Shown: positions 49,251-62,599 of the stretch, one piece after another
How positions within the stretch are numbered: position 1 is the first letter of the stretch
Layout: each line of letters begins with the position of its first letter
NCBI GenBank assembly: GCA_040437565.1
Contig: JBDOQK010000082.1
Location: forward strand, 1-64,000
Length of the DNA: 64,000 bases
Direction: 5' to 3'
DNA from: Albugo candida
Lineage: Eukaryota
Made by a program: the position numbers and the translations under genes
Notes under the pieces: generated by a model
The model's database searches: none
The model's input: only the letters and a program-made list of their open reading frames with translations
Told to the model about the DNA's origin: nothing

Positions 49251-50989
49251 AGCTCATTAGCAGTAGAGCGTTTATGTTTGGTGTAATTATTCTCAAAGTA
49301 CGCAAGTACGTTTGATAAGTATCTAGCTAAATACGCTGATCAATCCGAATGATGAATGATGAGTGTTTCAACAAATACAAGCGCGTCTGAGTGATACAAT
49401 ATGATTATTGTCGCATTCCATCACTCGTTCGAATAGTAGCTTCACTCGTTCGAATAGTAGCTTCATTCATACTGTCTTCGTGGTTTGAAGTATCGGATAA
49501 GCATGACTACGATTAAGTACGAGTTTGTCGTCAGATCGTAATCTCTAACATAATGATGAAGTCTACCCTGCCTTCCAATCCGAATCAGTTAAAGCATACA
49601 TCACCCGGTATTATTAGTAAAGAACGTGATAATAGTGGAAGATGGTTATCAAGTGTCAATTTACTAAGCACTTACTAACTTACTGACACTAATATTTTAA
49701 CTCGCTTCTTCTGAGGAAGGCTCCGACTTTACATATGAATACAAAGAACTTTCACTAAGAGACACCGCGTTCTTTTAAGTGTATACTGTGAAGAGTGCTA
49801 AGTGTGTTCTTCTGCTCTTCTGGTCACCTGATATATTATGAAAATATCGACAGTATGACTGATATTAGATTGCATGATCGTATGTTAACTGATCTGGTAA
49901 CAAAAAGTATTTGAATTTGTTGCATTTGTGCCACGCTCCATCAGATGTACTTGTTGCACGGAATTGACCCTTTTTCAATCTTTTCCATGCTTACATTCAA
50001 TCACCGGAGTAGAAAGACTGATTTCTTACGAGGACATTTCTGGAGCGAGTGGACCTTCGCAATTACGATCCACGTCATCGGCAAACACATCGACATCAAT
50101 ACTTTGCATGGATACATGAATCGGCATCCAGAAGTTACAAGCGAGCAATCCCAAATGTGGCAAATCGGTGTTAAATAACAAACTAAACCCTTCAATACTC
50201 ATCAATCTTTTCTTGTGCTCATTCAAACCCACTATCGTTATCGATTCAAAATCCAATCATACCAGCCACGATTTATCTGACGCACCGTTTGAACAAAAAT
50301 TATGATACCTTCGAGTCGTTTGCTAGGTTGCGCTTGTTACGGGCACGTCTTGATCGAACTATCTGGCTAATTGTGCCCTTCAAATCCAGCCCTTGGAACC
50401 ATAACTGCTCTTACATGTTGAGAATTTGCAATGGCGATGTTAAGCTCAGCTAAGCTGCTTTTGAGGCCGTGATTACTGTCTGTGAGTGACATATATTCAG
50501 TGACGTAAAGTGTTGGGCTATTTGACCAGTTTTTATAGAGCAACGTGTTTAACTATTTATACGCTCGAGACATTCGCTATTATTGCTATTGACAGAGTCT
50601 GCGCGTCGTAATATATCGATTCGCATTATCGCTTAGGCGATCTGATGGATAACCGATACGCCGGTTCTTCTTCATGTCTTCGATCCCTTCGTTCTGACCA
50701 GAGCACTTTCTAATAAGTGTACGATCTAACCTCTCCGCAAATTACTTTTTTTTTAATCAGACAAGAATATTGTTGCTCAAATTCGTCTTTACTTTTATAA
50801 GATTTTGGATAGCAATGGGAAAGTGCTGTCTTGCATTCCTCAATCTCTTGATTATTGTATATGCAACAGTATTTTAAAGTGAGGTGCATCGAGTGAAAGA
50901 GCGCGATGAAGGCAGACACGATAATTCCGACTATCGGGAGTATGCTCAACGGAACAGCGGCAAAATGCTTTGTCAAGCGCAGCTTAGTT

Positions 50990-53900
50990 ACTACTATCGA
51001 TGAATTTAATCTTTCATATTGAGCAAGCGTTTGTGCCCGCAGACCTACAGATCCGGCTTCGTGGCCAATTTCGGAATCTCACTGAAGCACAGTGTCGCGA
51101 TGCGGAGACTTTATGAATTTCTTTCGGCAGTTGTGATTCAAGTACGGAACATGAGTGACATCGACTCTGTCTTCTAATTCACGCAAGTCCTCAAGTATCT
51201 GATACGTGCCGAAGATGAGTCTCGTCGTTGCTCGTTTGTTAGTTAGCCAATATATGTCGCATACGACTTCAAGCGTTCACATTTTGGCGTATGGAGTTCA
51301 AAGCGCACGCAATGATTTCGTCGACCAGAAAGGAGTACTTATCAACGCTATGAGCATCCTTAACCCGAGCTAATGGAAATGGACAATGTGCATGTAGTGT
51401 CACGAGAAGAGTGCTCTCAACAAGTTGTGCTTTTATTGCAAGAAACCAGGACATCGATTCGTAGAGTGTCCGATAAGGCCACGGACTCGAACAGATCGTT
51501 AATGTTCGATATACAAGTGAAGAGATTGACGAAGCTATCTCGTATGATCACTTTACGGTCAAGTTGGTACAAGTCAATTTGGTCAATAAGCCTCCATATT
51601 TGTTGCGAAAGACCGGTAATATTGATGGCACATCAATTAAGAACCTGCTGGACTGTGTGGCATCAACAAATGTGATTCGCCCGGACTTGGATTCCAGCGT
51701 TATCAGTACGCAACGAGGCTAGTTAAAGGGGTTTGATGGTCCCCTTTCCTCTACGTCTGAGCTAGCGACGGTTGAGTTGACAGTGGATACAAGCGAAGGG
51801 GAGGTACTGAACATGAAGTTCATGGAGACTCATATGGATGTGGATCAGGATGTGATTTTTGGTCCTCCGTGGTTTTGAGAATACGCCCCGCAATTTGACT
51901 GGACCTCAGGCCAATCTGTTCTACTGACTCAGCCCAGCACAAGTGGACAAGAAGTCTCAGCGTTGTTAGTACAGAACTCAAGTGACATCGTGGCCAGGCC
52001 AGGCGGACAACCGTGCAGAGTATATGCGCCCAGGAACGAATACGCATAGGTGTTTTTGGTCAAGTTTTGTTCTGTAAAGTGAACTGCAATGTCCCGGGTT
52101 TGTTTTCGGCCTTTGCAACGAGAACGCCGATGTCCTTCCAGCGAAGCTCCCAGACGGACTACCACCGGCACGTCCGACGTGTAAATGAAAACAAATGCGA
52201 TTCCGAGTCCAAATCGCCGTTTCGTTAATTCAAGACCGAGCAAGAAGCCCTTGAAACATTCGTTGCGGAAAACCTGTTGTTGGTCGAAGTTTTAAATTCG
52301 CCATGACTGTTAACATATTCGGAATCGCAAAGAAAGACCCCGTGACGTAACAGGCTCCACCCAATGTCAAGTAACGTTGGTTGGGAAACAGCTCAAGCCA
52401 ATTCGCTAGGTCATCGATTATCGCTTCGTTCATAGCTAGATCAAAATCCCTCAAGTTACGCTTCCTCTCATAGAGGAGCTTTTTTGTAGGATGGCACGGC
52501 ACGCAGTGTTTACGGTGATTGGATTACCACAAGGCGACCACCAGATGCTCGTCAAGTTCTTGTCGCCATTAAAGTCCATTTAGAGCGCACAAGGAGACAT
52601 ACCGGTAGTGCGTCGCACCAGTAGGATTGACGGGAATGCCGGGTGTGTGGTCACGCTTTATAAGCTGGTTGTTTGACAAGTTTGACGTCGTAGTTGTCTA
52701 CCTTGATGACATCGGCATTTTCTCAAAGACGAACGAAGAACACAAACACAGTTGTGCGAGGTGTTCACATGTTTTCGCCCAGGAAAAGCTATATTTCTTT
52801 GCCAGGAAAAGCTATATGCACATCAAAACAAATGCTTCTTCGAAAAAAAAAGTATCGAGTTCCTAGGCCACACAGTCTCCAAGGATGGCTGAAGCGTCGA
52901 CAAGCGTAAGACATTGGCAATTGATACAATGGCCACACCGACCACGCGAAAGAGATTATTTCGTTTTCTAGATCTTGCCGGTCACTACAGGCGCTTCTAT
53001 GCTATCTTGCTAATAAAGCATTTCTTTTTCTTAAGCGAACTGATAAAGAAGGAAGTATCTTCTGAGTGGTCGGATGATCAGGACGAAGCATATTGACGAA
53101 GAAACGCGCGCCACAACAAGCACCTGTTCTTCGGCTGCTGGACTTTGCGAGCAAATATATCGTCACAACGGACGCGTCGGGATTTTGCATGGATGGAGTC
53201 CGATCTCAGCTTACAAATGCAGCGGATTATTCTATCGCTGTTTTCTCCAAAAGTTTGGTATACATAAAAAACGGTGGCCGGCACACGAGCAAGCATTACT
53301 TGCGATCAATACAGCTCTCGCAAAATGGCGCGATTAACTCCATGGCCGATCGTTTGATCTCTATATCGACAACACGACGTGCCATTGGATGCTTCACCCT
53401 CCAAAAAGCTCGCCAAAAATGGCGCAAATGCTGAACTTTTTCTCCCAGTTTGCTTTTACGCTGCATCACGTCAAAGCTACTTCCAAAGTCTTCGCCGACG
53501 GACTGGCCGGTCTGGGAGTTGTCAGTTTAACTACCTGGAAGTTTGATTGTCGATAACTTCAATTAAATGACTGCTGACCTGTATGCGCTCGCTAAGACGT
53601 CAATCTTCGACGTCATGGTCTGGACATGGCTGTCTATGCTTGCTTCCACGAACCGATCAGTACCTTCAACTCGACGTGCGAAACTTAAAGGGGGTTGATA
53701 GAGGGCATCAGGTTGGTGTACCTCAACTGCAACAGCGACAAATTCACGATCAGGTCCATCACATCAATTTCATCATTTTAAACACCCACCTCGCGTCTAT
53801 ACAAAGAAGGCGTTTATGAGAGGCTACACCAAGGACAGCGAATTCATGGGGGAGTGAAACTCGAATCACGAAAATTACGTGCTGCGTAGTGGATTCCGGT

Positions 53901-55540
53901 ATGTCAAGACGGTTAACGCGGTCAAGAGGATGTGTGTTCTGGCATACGATAGACTTATCACCGCCAATTCGGTGAACTTCTCGATGGAAACACTGCCTTG
54001 TGTGTGTTGAGCACAACTGAAGGTGGCGCAATGATACAACTGGCCAACCTTGAACAAAGCTGCGGTACACGCACGCGATGGAAAAATAGCACGCTCAAGA
54101 ATAATCGCAAGCTCATGTCAATCCCTGTCCCTGAAAGTGCTGGAAATTATTTCTATGGACTTTGTAACGGGCCTACCGGTGTTGGGAGGATTCGATGCTA
54201 TCATGACAGTGGTCGATAAACTGTCGGAGCGCTTCCGATATGCTGCTACACACACGAACTCCGATACACCAAAAGTCGGAAAACATATTCTTGATGTCGT
54301 CGTACGTCATTACGGACTACGAAAGGTCACCATCAGTGATCGAGATCCAAAGTTCACTTCAAACCTTTGGAAGTCTATAATGGCCATTATGTGCTTGAAG
54401 CGTTCAATGACGACAGCACACCGCGCTTGCTGACGGTCAGACTGAGCGACAAATTTGATTTTGAAAGATGCGCTATGCTGCATGGTGACGTACCAGGATG
54501 ACGACGGGTCAACACAATTCGGAACTATCGAGTTTGCTTATGCAAACCCTGGTGAGGAAGTCCCCAGAGCGATCACCTTTGGAGATTGTTACAGCGCGAC
54601 AGGTCAGCAATACTATTTTCTGGACGTTTCAGTGGCGCCGGAAAGAAACACCCTGTAGCCGAGTACGCACGATACTTTGCAGATAAAGGGCAAAAGATCA
54701 TCAAACTCGTGCAGATCAACTTGGCCAAGGCTCAAGAAAACAAAAAGACTACTACGACAAGAAGAGCAGTAATGTGACATTTAATGCTAGAGACATGGTC
54801 AATCAGACACGTCAAGCTACGTCACCACAAAAGAGGACACGGAACAACAAAGAGTACGCTTTAAACGAAGAAGATCGGAGCATTTTAGATAAGATAAATG
54901 ACCAACAACTATGCGGCCAAGCTTGCGCTGCTACGAAGCCTAGGCAAGTTGCACCCCAATTTAACATCGAATTGTAAGGCCATTTCGTCCCGAGGCCGAG
55001 GGGATTCAGCAATCGCCCGGTCCCAAAAGCAGTGCCGGTTTTCCGCGCCGAGGAAATCCGTAGCGAGCTGTACATTGTAGAAGATCTGGTCAAGAAACGT
55101 GTCTACAACAAAAAGCCTGAGTGGGTTGTTAAGGCCATGAACTTCAATATCACGAGTGTACCTGGGAAAACGAAAAGAACATTCGGCATGTGGAGCATTG
55201 GCGGGACCTAGTACTCGCCTTCATGATTCGCCAATGCGAACTCCGTTCGGTGAGGATGTAGGACACGACAGCATGCGAAAGACGGTACATGAATACGCAG
55301 GTGATAACGTCATTTGGGATCAGGTAAATAATACAGTTAAGGAGTCAGTAGGGTTAAATTAGCACACGGTTGTGAACTAAGAACCTCATTGAAGTTAATT
55401 ACGTTTTTACCAGCTCGGACGCTACACTTGTGGTCGAGTCGATCTGCGTTGTCATTGGGCTTTCGTGCTTATTTTTATGATTAAATTGCAAGTATCAAGT
55501 GTGTACATTGTTATCTGTCGAGTACAATCTCAGTATTACA
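50990..55540 (+). mobile_element. Decayed Ty3/Gypsy (chromovirus-type) retrotransposon
   Basis: gag FEQAFVPADLQ, protease DVIFGPPW, RT YLDDIGIFSK, RNase H TTDASGF, integrase ISMDFVTGLP...ISDRDPKFTS, chromodomain-like YIVEDLVKKR...EWVVK, in Gypsy order. Possible 3' LTR 55257-55540 (TGTA...TACA); 5' LTR not identified. Confidence 0.92.
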
Positions 55541-58106
55541 CCAAGAAGAGACATGTCGACGTATCGTAGTCGGTCAGCTTTTGGCCTGCCGTTGCATCAC
55601 TTGCAATAAGAAAGCGACACCAGTTTGTGTCTTGTATTTTATGGTAGAGACGCAAGGCTAAAAGCCCTTATAAACAGTCGTGGAAGAAATGCTGCGAATT
55701 TTTACTTGATAACATGACCAAAACCTCTTATTCTCCATCTACAGTACAATGCCATGAGATTATATATGTCAAGGTCAATAACCGTGATGCTGTGAATTGT
55801 TCACGACTTCTGTCAGCAGCGCTCCAGTTAAACCATTTGACTTTGTAATCAATGGTCCAGGAGGTAGTACATGCTTAAGCTGTATTGCGTTTTCTAGATG
55901 ATTTCGACTGGCAGTCGCCCAGTCTAACGGTCGAGCTGTCAGATAGAGCATTCGTATTTGTAACTCATGCAGTTTTGTGAAAAATTGGCATGTTCACCTA
56001 TGCAGATAATAGTATTGTCCTAATCGAAGCGTACGAATATGGCCCTCCACATCGCTTACGGTGAGTGTTCCATCCATTCTTAGGGATGCCACACATATAG
56101 CCTGCATTCAACATATCGGATACAACACGCTGATTTTTGGTAATGTTTAAAGCGAACATAATTTTCATTATCTTTATAAAGCTCAACGTGATCGAATGCA
56201 TCGATTGGAGGCGTTAGGGAGCCTTCAAGTACTCTGTATGATGGTCTCCCACCCTCAAAGTGACAAGCAATGACGATAGCGTGCATGTATCCATCTGCTT
56301 CTCCACTTTGGTCACTCGCGTTCTTGCGTCCAGAAGCGATTCTCTCGTCTCTTTGGTCGCTTTTTTAGGATGCATCCACATGCTTTGAAGATATCCTGAT
56401 GATACTGATAATACGGACAGTAGAATGAGGCGTCTTCAGAACTGAAAATAACCTGCTCAACCTAACCCAAATTCAACAGCCATAGACCAGGCTATGTTGT
56501 ATAAATAAAATCCAGACAATCGTATTCGTCAATTCCGAGAGAAAATAGATGGATAAAAAATACATGGGATCGGTGAAACCTCGGATACAGAGGTGATGTT
56601 GTTTAGGAGCATGCTCCAAATCACCGACTCATTTCTGGTTTAGATCTGAATACCTGCGACAGCATTTTCTGATGTAATTATTCACGTTTGCCTTTTGTAT
56701 TCCCTATCTACTCTTCCTTTCCCCCCAACCACGGGAACGATCTTCTCTGATACATCGTCAGGCCATAATGATAGTGCGTGTCGTCAAAAATGCAGGTGTC
56801 GGTAAAAATAAAAGAGAATGATCGTATCAATTAGACAGTTCTTCTTTTGGTCATCGCGGTTATTTACATATTCGCTGAAAATTGCATATTAGGACGACTT
56901 TTGCCGATGGCGTGGGGTAGTTAGTTACGATGCAATCTGACCTTTTCGACCAGGAATAGGTATTCGTGAGGATGAACGCATTGAGGCTTGATGCGATGAT
57001 GAGAGGAATAGCCACTTTTGACTATACATTTCAAGATTTGCAGGTCTTGCCCCTCTAATTAGAATGTACCATACTGAAGGCTTTTCTGATATATCTTAGT
57101 TTTCTTCTTGTCACTATGTATCACAAATCACCCTAGCCTTTAGAAAAAAACTGGCAACCGCCGTGGCATTGATGTGCTACTAACCTTGAAGATATGCATG
57201 GTTGTTTTTCCTCATAGGTCCAAAACTTATTTAATGTAGTCAAACGAAAAGGGAATCCAGAGATCTACGGGTTGTCAGCAAGCGAACACAAAGAAAATTG
57301 AAGTACGGTGTAAGGAAGTCCATAGAGGCGTATTTTTCAAGTGGACTCACATGATGTGCCCTTCTTTTACATGCTTGGATTGTAGGTAATCCTATTCAAA
57401 TGATGAACTTTATCTGACGAAATTGCGTCGTCTTGAGAGAACTGCCAGCCGACATTATTTTTCCAGACTTTTTGAAAATATCTGAGTCAATATTTTATAT
57501 GATGGAATATCGGCTCTTTACATTCATTCACCATAATCGAAGCGGCTTCGTCGATTCTTTGATAATAATCTACGAAAATCTACCGACGCGATTATAATCC
57601 AAGTCAAAAACATAGCGATCATAGACCAAATATTGATTGAGCAAAAAAGTTGCTTGTCGTGCAAGGATGGGGCTGTATTGAGGCAACGAACGAGCTTCTT
57701 CTAATTTTAGATTCGCCAACTTTTATCCGAACTTGAGATCAGTGATACATGCCAGTGTTATCTATCAACGACGTGAGGACGAAGGATGTGATAAGAATGG
57801 AGAGGAGGACATAATAGCTCTTATTGTCCACTTGGTGGGTCAGTTATCTCACTATGTCATTAGTTGAACTCTCTAATGATGCAGACAATGTGTAACGCCA
57901 AGAGAAGATTATCTGTAAACAAACCATTCCGATCAAATATCACAACAAGAAAGAAGGCCGTAAGATTAGTACATACAGTATTCTTGTTGTATGAGTCGAA
58001 TATTTTCAAAACATAGGTATTGATATCCCCGCAACTAATTGATACCCCCACACCTTTTTATTTTTAAATCACATCTCTATTGCAAATTTGAATCACATCA
58101 AGTATA

Positions 58107-58816
58107 CTTGAATTATTACTCCCACAACTCTTTTGAATAATACATGAAAAATTGTTGCTCCCGCAGCTTCTGTCAAGATATGAATCATCATATACCAACG
58201 CCGAAAACAAAATGTATTGTGAGAAAATTTTGTGAAAAAAATATTTGGTTTTTACTAAAGCTGGTCTGGATCTGATCTAGCCAAAATTTGCGTTCCTCAC
58301 AGGCGGTGCGGCACTGCCCAATTGCATCTACCTGATTTTGCATCAGTTTGCAGTTGAACAACTTGCGAATGATTACTTTCTACATGAAGAAATGTTATCT
58401 CCATACCATTTGCTACTGTGGTATGAGGTGTAAAATAAGTTCCAGATCCATCTTCTGTCAAAAAAACACTGCCTCTGAAGAGCAGGTAGCTACAACAATA
58501 GCGAATTTAGAAGTAGCAAACCAGTTGGTCACTGATATTGGTCCATTGCTTTCCCATATCGTCTTGTTTTTCATTTCATCACAATATTTGTAAAAAATGC
58601 ACTGACAAAGCACCTTACGTTTTTGGTGAACTTACAGCAAATCAGAGCTCAGAGAATACCGGCTTGAAGCCTTACTGTTATACGTAGAATGTTTCGACTG
58701 GAAAGCCGATCACAGTTATAACATAATGTGTCTTAGCCAATCACAAATATGATCTCGACTAAAATTTTGAGAGCGACAATTATGGTTCAAATAAGTTGCG
58801 GGAGTAATAATTCAAG
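58107..58816. mobile_element. Non-autonomous TIR element flanked by TA (Tc1/mariner/pogo-like)
   Basis: Termini CTTGAATTATTACTCCC / GGGAGTAATAATTCAAG, with imperfect inverted similarity over ~70 bp and TA on both sides. Confidence 0.7.
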
Positions 58817-58872
58817 TAGGCATGATGAAATCTGGAAAAATGTTCAGGGATTTCAATGCCCTTATATATTTA

Positions 58873-59922
58873 GGGATTTCCTAAACTCACCCTCGCTTTT
58901 TCCTAAATTCACCCAGCCATTTTCTAGCCAACCATACTTCATCATTTTAGCCAACCGGATCTACTGAATTTGGCGATGGTAAGTTGAAGATCTCCACTGG
59001 TAGAGGATCACCATCTCGAGAAGAGTCGTAGGCAGTGATTGGCATAGAGAGACATAAAATAGTTGCTTAGGAGCTCCCAATATACCTTTTAAATAACAAT
59101 TTGTTGTGTGCGACCTTTTGTGCGATTTTCAATAGTGGTAGCAATTGTTAGAAGGGATGTCAACATTAAAAAAATACATCGGTAAAAATTCAGGGGATTC
59201 GTTGTCTGTTTACAATAGGAACAGGCTTTCTTGTGCAAATCAATTGAAGAAAATTCAAATACCAATGCAGTTCAAAGCATTTGCGTGGATACATCACATT
59301 GGAAATCCAATGTAACATAGAGTTTGACGAGAGATCTCGAAGCATACATTGGATATAGCCCGCAGCGACAATAGCGAACTACCAAGGAACACTTACACCG
59401 GTGTACATCAGCAGACCCTGGGCATACCATGTGGACATAATTTTAATCAGCTGATTCAACACAACACACCACTTGCAAAAGAAGACGTTGACTCGCAATG
59501 GTAACTCAAGCAGGAAACCTCTATCAACCTGGAGCTACCTCATCGGCAATTTCACAGTTACAATTCAATCCGTAAACAAGTGAACACAAACACAACAATC
59601 CCAGATCCTCCAACAAATCAGGGGAAGAGGCAGGCCATCAAGCTCACGCAATCATTCAACCCAAAGAGATCTTTCAGCTTTTAGATATGTCCAGGCAGAA
59701 AGTCAAACTTGTATTTCTAAATCCACAAACCCGTCGCCTTCCAAGATGAAGTATTTGTCAAGCAACAGGACATAATGCGAGAAGTTGCAGGCTGCGTCCT
59801 GCATCAAGTTCCACTTTTAATCAAATCAGTCAAAAATGGCTTGCTGAAGTGATGAAGTATGATTGGCTAAACAATGAATGGGGTGAGTTTAGGAGAAAGC
59901 GAGGGTGAGTTTAGGAATTCCC
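58873..59922 (+). mobile_element. Internally deleted MULE
   Basis: ~85-bp TIRs starting GGGA(T/A)TTCCTAAACTCACCCTCG, perfect 8-bp TSD TATATTTA, and C-terminal remnants TLGIPCGH...DVDSQW, IRGRGRP...STQRDLSAF, CQATGHNARSC. Confidence 0.9.
58953..59134 (+). repeat. Solo LTR of the Copia family at 29528-31747
   Basis: Shares GTTGAAGA..TCCACTGGT, TAGGCAGTG, AGAGAGACATAA and CAATATACCTTT with both LTRs. Confidence 0.85.
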
Positions 59923-62599
59923 TATATTTAAACCGTGTATCATACTGCTAACATTGAGTGCGATAGAAACATGAATAGCAAGCCCACGAAATCAGATGTC
60001 TTCAGCTAAACCTGCTGAGTCGAGAAAGTTCCAGCGCTTCACACATGGACGGTGTTTATGGTTGAGAATATGTTTAGCATGCTCGTTCTTATAGAGTAAT
60101 CTGAGTAGTCTTTACTTATTCTAAATCAAAGAAATTATCAAAGCATTTCAAGCTATTCACACTATGATTTATTTCTCACGAGATAGCCGTCGAGTATCGA
60201 GGAAAAAGTAGCAAATTGATCGGAAAAGCAGATTAAAGTCCTGAGAATGATATTGCAGAAGGACTCCCTTCGATCATCGCTTTGCTTAGATTAATATGTA
60301 TTGTATAAACGTGCCTTATGAGGCTCCTCGAAGCCCATAAGCATGATACATTAATGAAATAAGGCACTTCTTCTCGTCTAAATATTACTTTTTTCATGGA
60401 AGCTTTTGCATTGAGATTGTGTGATACGTAAGGATATCATAAGAATAATGAAGCGTACCATAAAATTATTGCTTAGCCAGTGTTAGTATACTTGCAAACG
60501 TTAATTCTTTCGTGCTAAAAAGATCTTAATCACGCTATCCGACATTAAAGATTTGACAAGGCGCTTCATAAGGAGGAAACTGCTAGACTCTGCAAGCTCC
60601 TCCCCTTTCACAAGAGTTAATATGAAGCAAGATTTCTCTCCGAATCGTTTCGGATAGGTTCAGGCATTGGCCGAAAGTTTAGGCAAGGATTTGTTTGCCT
60701 CTTTAGATGCATCGGATCAAAATTCTCGTGGTTGTGTCCGTTGTTTTTCCGTCCTACCAGACACTTTTGCGGGTTCATAAGCTAACAAGTGTCAGTAAAA
60801 ATCCATAGCTAGAGAAATCTATAAACAAAGAATTGTAAACGATGCAAGCAAACCGTTGCTGAATTTCCTGAAGTAATGCGAGGTTCGTGCGGGTATATTG
60901 TGAGTTTTGTCAACTGCACATCGCTTGCTTAAAATTTGGGCGAACTAAAACATAATGCCCTAATCCACTTGAAAACCCCACAAGGGTTCAATGATCACGG
61001 ATGATGCATCGTATGTAAAGTGCAGCAAATCGGCCTGCCTATTCGGAAGAAGCATCATAAGAAAGAACATTAGTATATATAATTATTACGGACGTGGAAA
61101 GGTAAAAAAAGGGTTATAGAAAACAAGCTCAAAGTAAAAACAGAAGCTATGAATTAGACTTCTTATGGAGAAACTTCTTTGCTTGGCACATATCGCTTAC
61201 TCCTCGTGCTCCAAGCTTAAACACGGGAATGTTGCCATCCCAGCCATGAAATTTAGATATGTCAGCTTGGTGATTTATTGCTGCTCGCGGAAAACTTCAC
61301 AATGTAGAATATGGCTGTGCAAGAATCCAGAATTATCGCCTAGAAGAGAGTTACCTTTCTTCTGGCTTGATGTAAAGAAGCTTGATAAATGTTCGATCCA
61401 GCACATAGAGAATTACATTATTAGTCTTTGCGCATGTCCTTAGAGACGTTTTTTTACGCAAAACGTATCTCTTATTCCAATCAGTAATAACGAAAGATCT
61501 AATAAGGGATGCTACCATTACGCAAGATCGCGATGTAATGAGGCAGACATTATTCCAAAGTAATATTAATTAGTATAAGCCTACGATCTCACATCAACAA
61601 CCATGCCTATACCTTTTCTTGACACGTCCACATTGTACTGAAGTTATTTTCATATAAATCCTTAGATGAAGAACGATCATAACGTACTTACTTTGCAAAA
61701 TTGCTTCTAGATGTTTTGAAGGGGCTTTAATGCTTCTCATCTTGAGGTATATTTATCACTGCGCGCCACGATGGATCATATCTAGGTGTATAGGTCTTAT
61801 AGACGAAGCCGAATTCATTCGATACTTCCATACAAGATTTGTCATCTGAAAACGTAGGATCGATAAACAGATAAGCTAATACACGCCGATAAGTAGTTCA
61901 GCTAGTATCCAAACTAATTCTTTTTTAATTGAAAGGGTTGAAACACCTTTCTGTGTACCATAATCAAGGACAGCAAGCTCGAATAGAGAGGTTGTGAACC
62001 TGTTCTGGGTATAACGCATAATGATAAAGTTGTAAGCTCAATTCGAGAGTACATTCGGAAGGAAAAATATACTCTTGTCCAAGATGCAGCGCTACCGATG
62101 TTGAAAGGGTAATGAGTTTGACATTACACTCATCGCCCGGTAAATTGTCCAAGTCGAGGGAATGATTAGACGCTTTGTACAAACCATCTGCCTCGTATTT
62201 CAACAGACTTGTACGAATTGGACCATCTATATGTTCATCTCTGCAGCTCCGTATTTATGGATGCGGCAAGGGAATACGGTAGCGCTCCTTCCCCAATCTC
62301 GCTCCATGTAAAAAAGTATCCCACGATAGCCAAAACCGTTCTCAACCAAGAATCGTAGACCAAGAGCTGATACTGCGGAAGGATGGTGTGTCTATTTTAT
62401 GATACCAGCGCCGTGAAACGGAAAATTAACTGTCATTGTCTTCTGCATTTGGGAGGAAGAGAATAGCTTCCGACGGCTTTTGTCCGAATAAGTTCTATTG
62501 TGCAAAAAGAATAGCTAATAGGGCTGTATACGATCGGCAACTCTCATTCTTATAGTATCGTAAACGCATGTATCGTATGGAATGTCGCAAGAGCGACAG

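Noticed and set aside
59610..59640. Tc1 motif WPASSPDL on the minus strand
   Set aside because: It is the antisense of the MULE IRGRGRP motif; plus-strand motifs and the 8-bp TSD support MULE.
60500..62300. Possible minus-strand pseudogene
   Set aside because: Only one 79-aa fragment with no recognisable motif; cannot be supported without a search.
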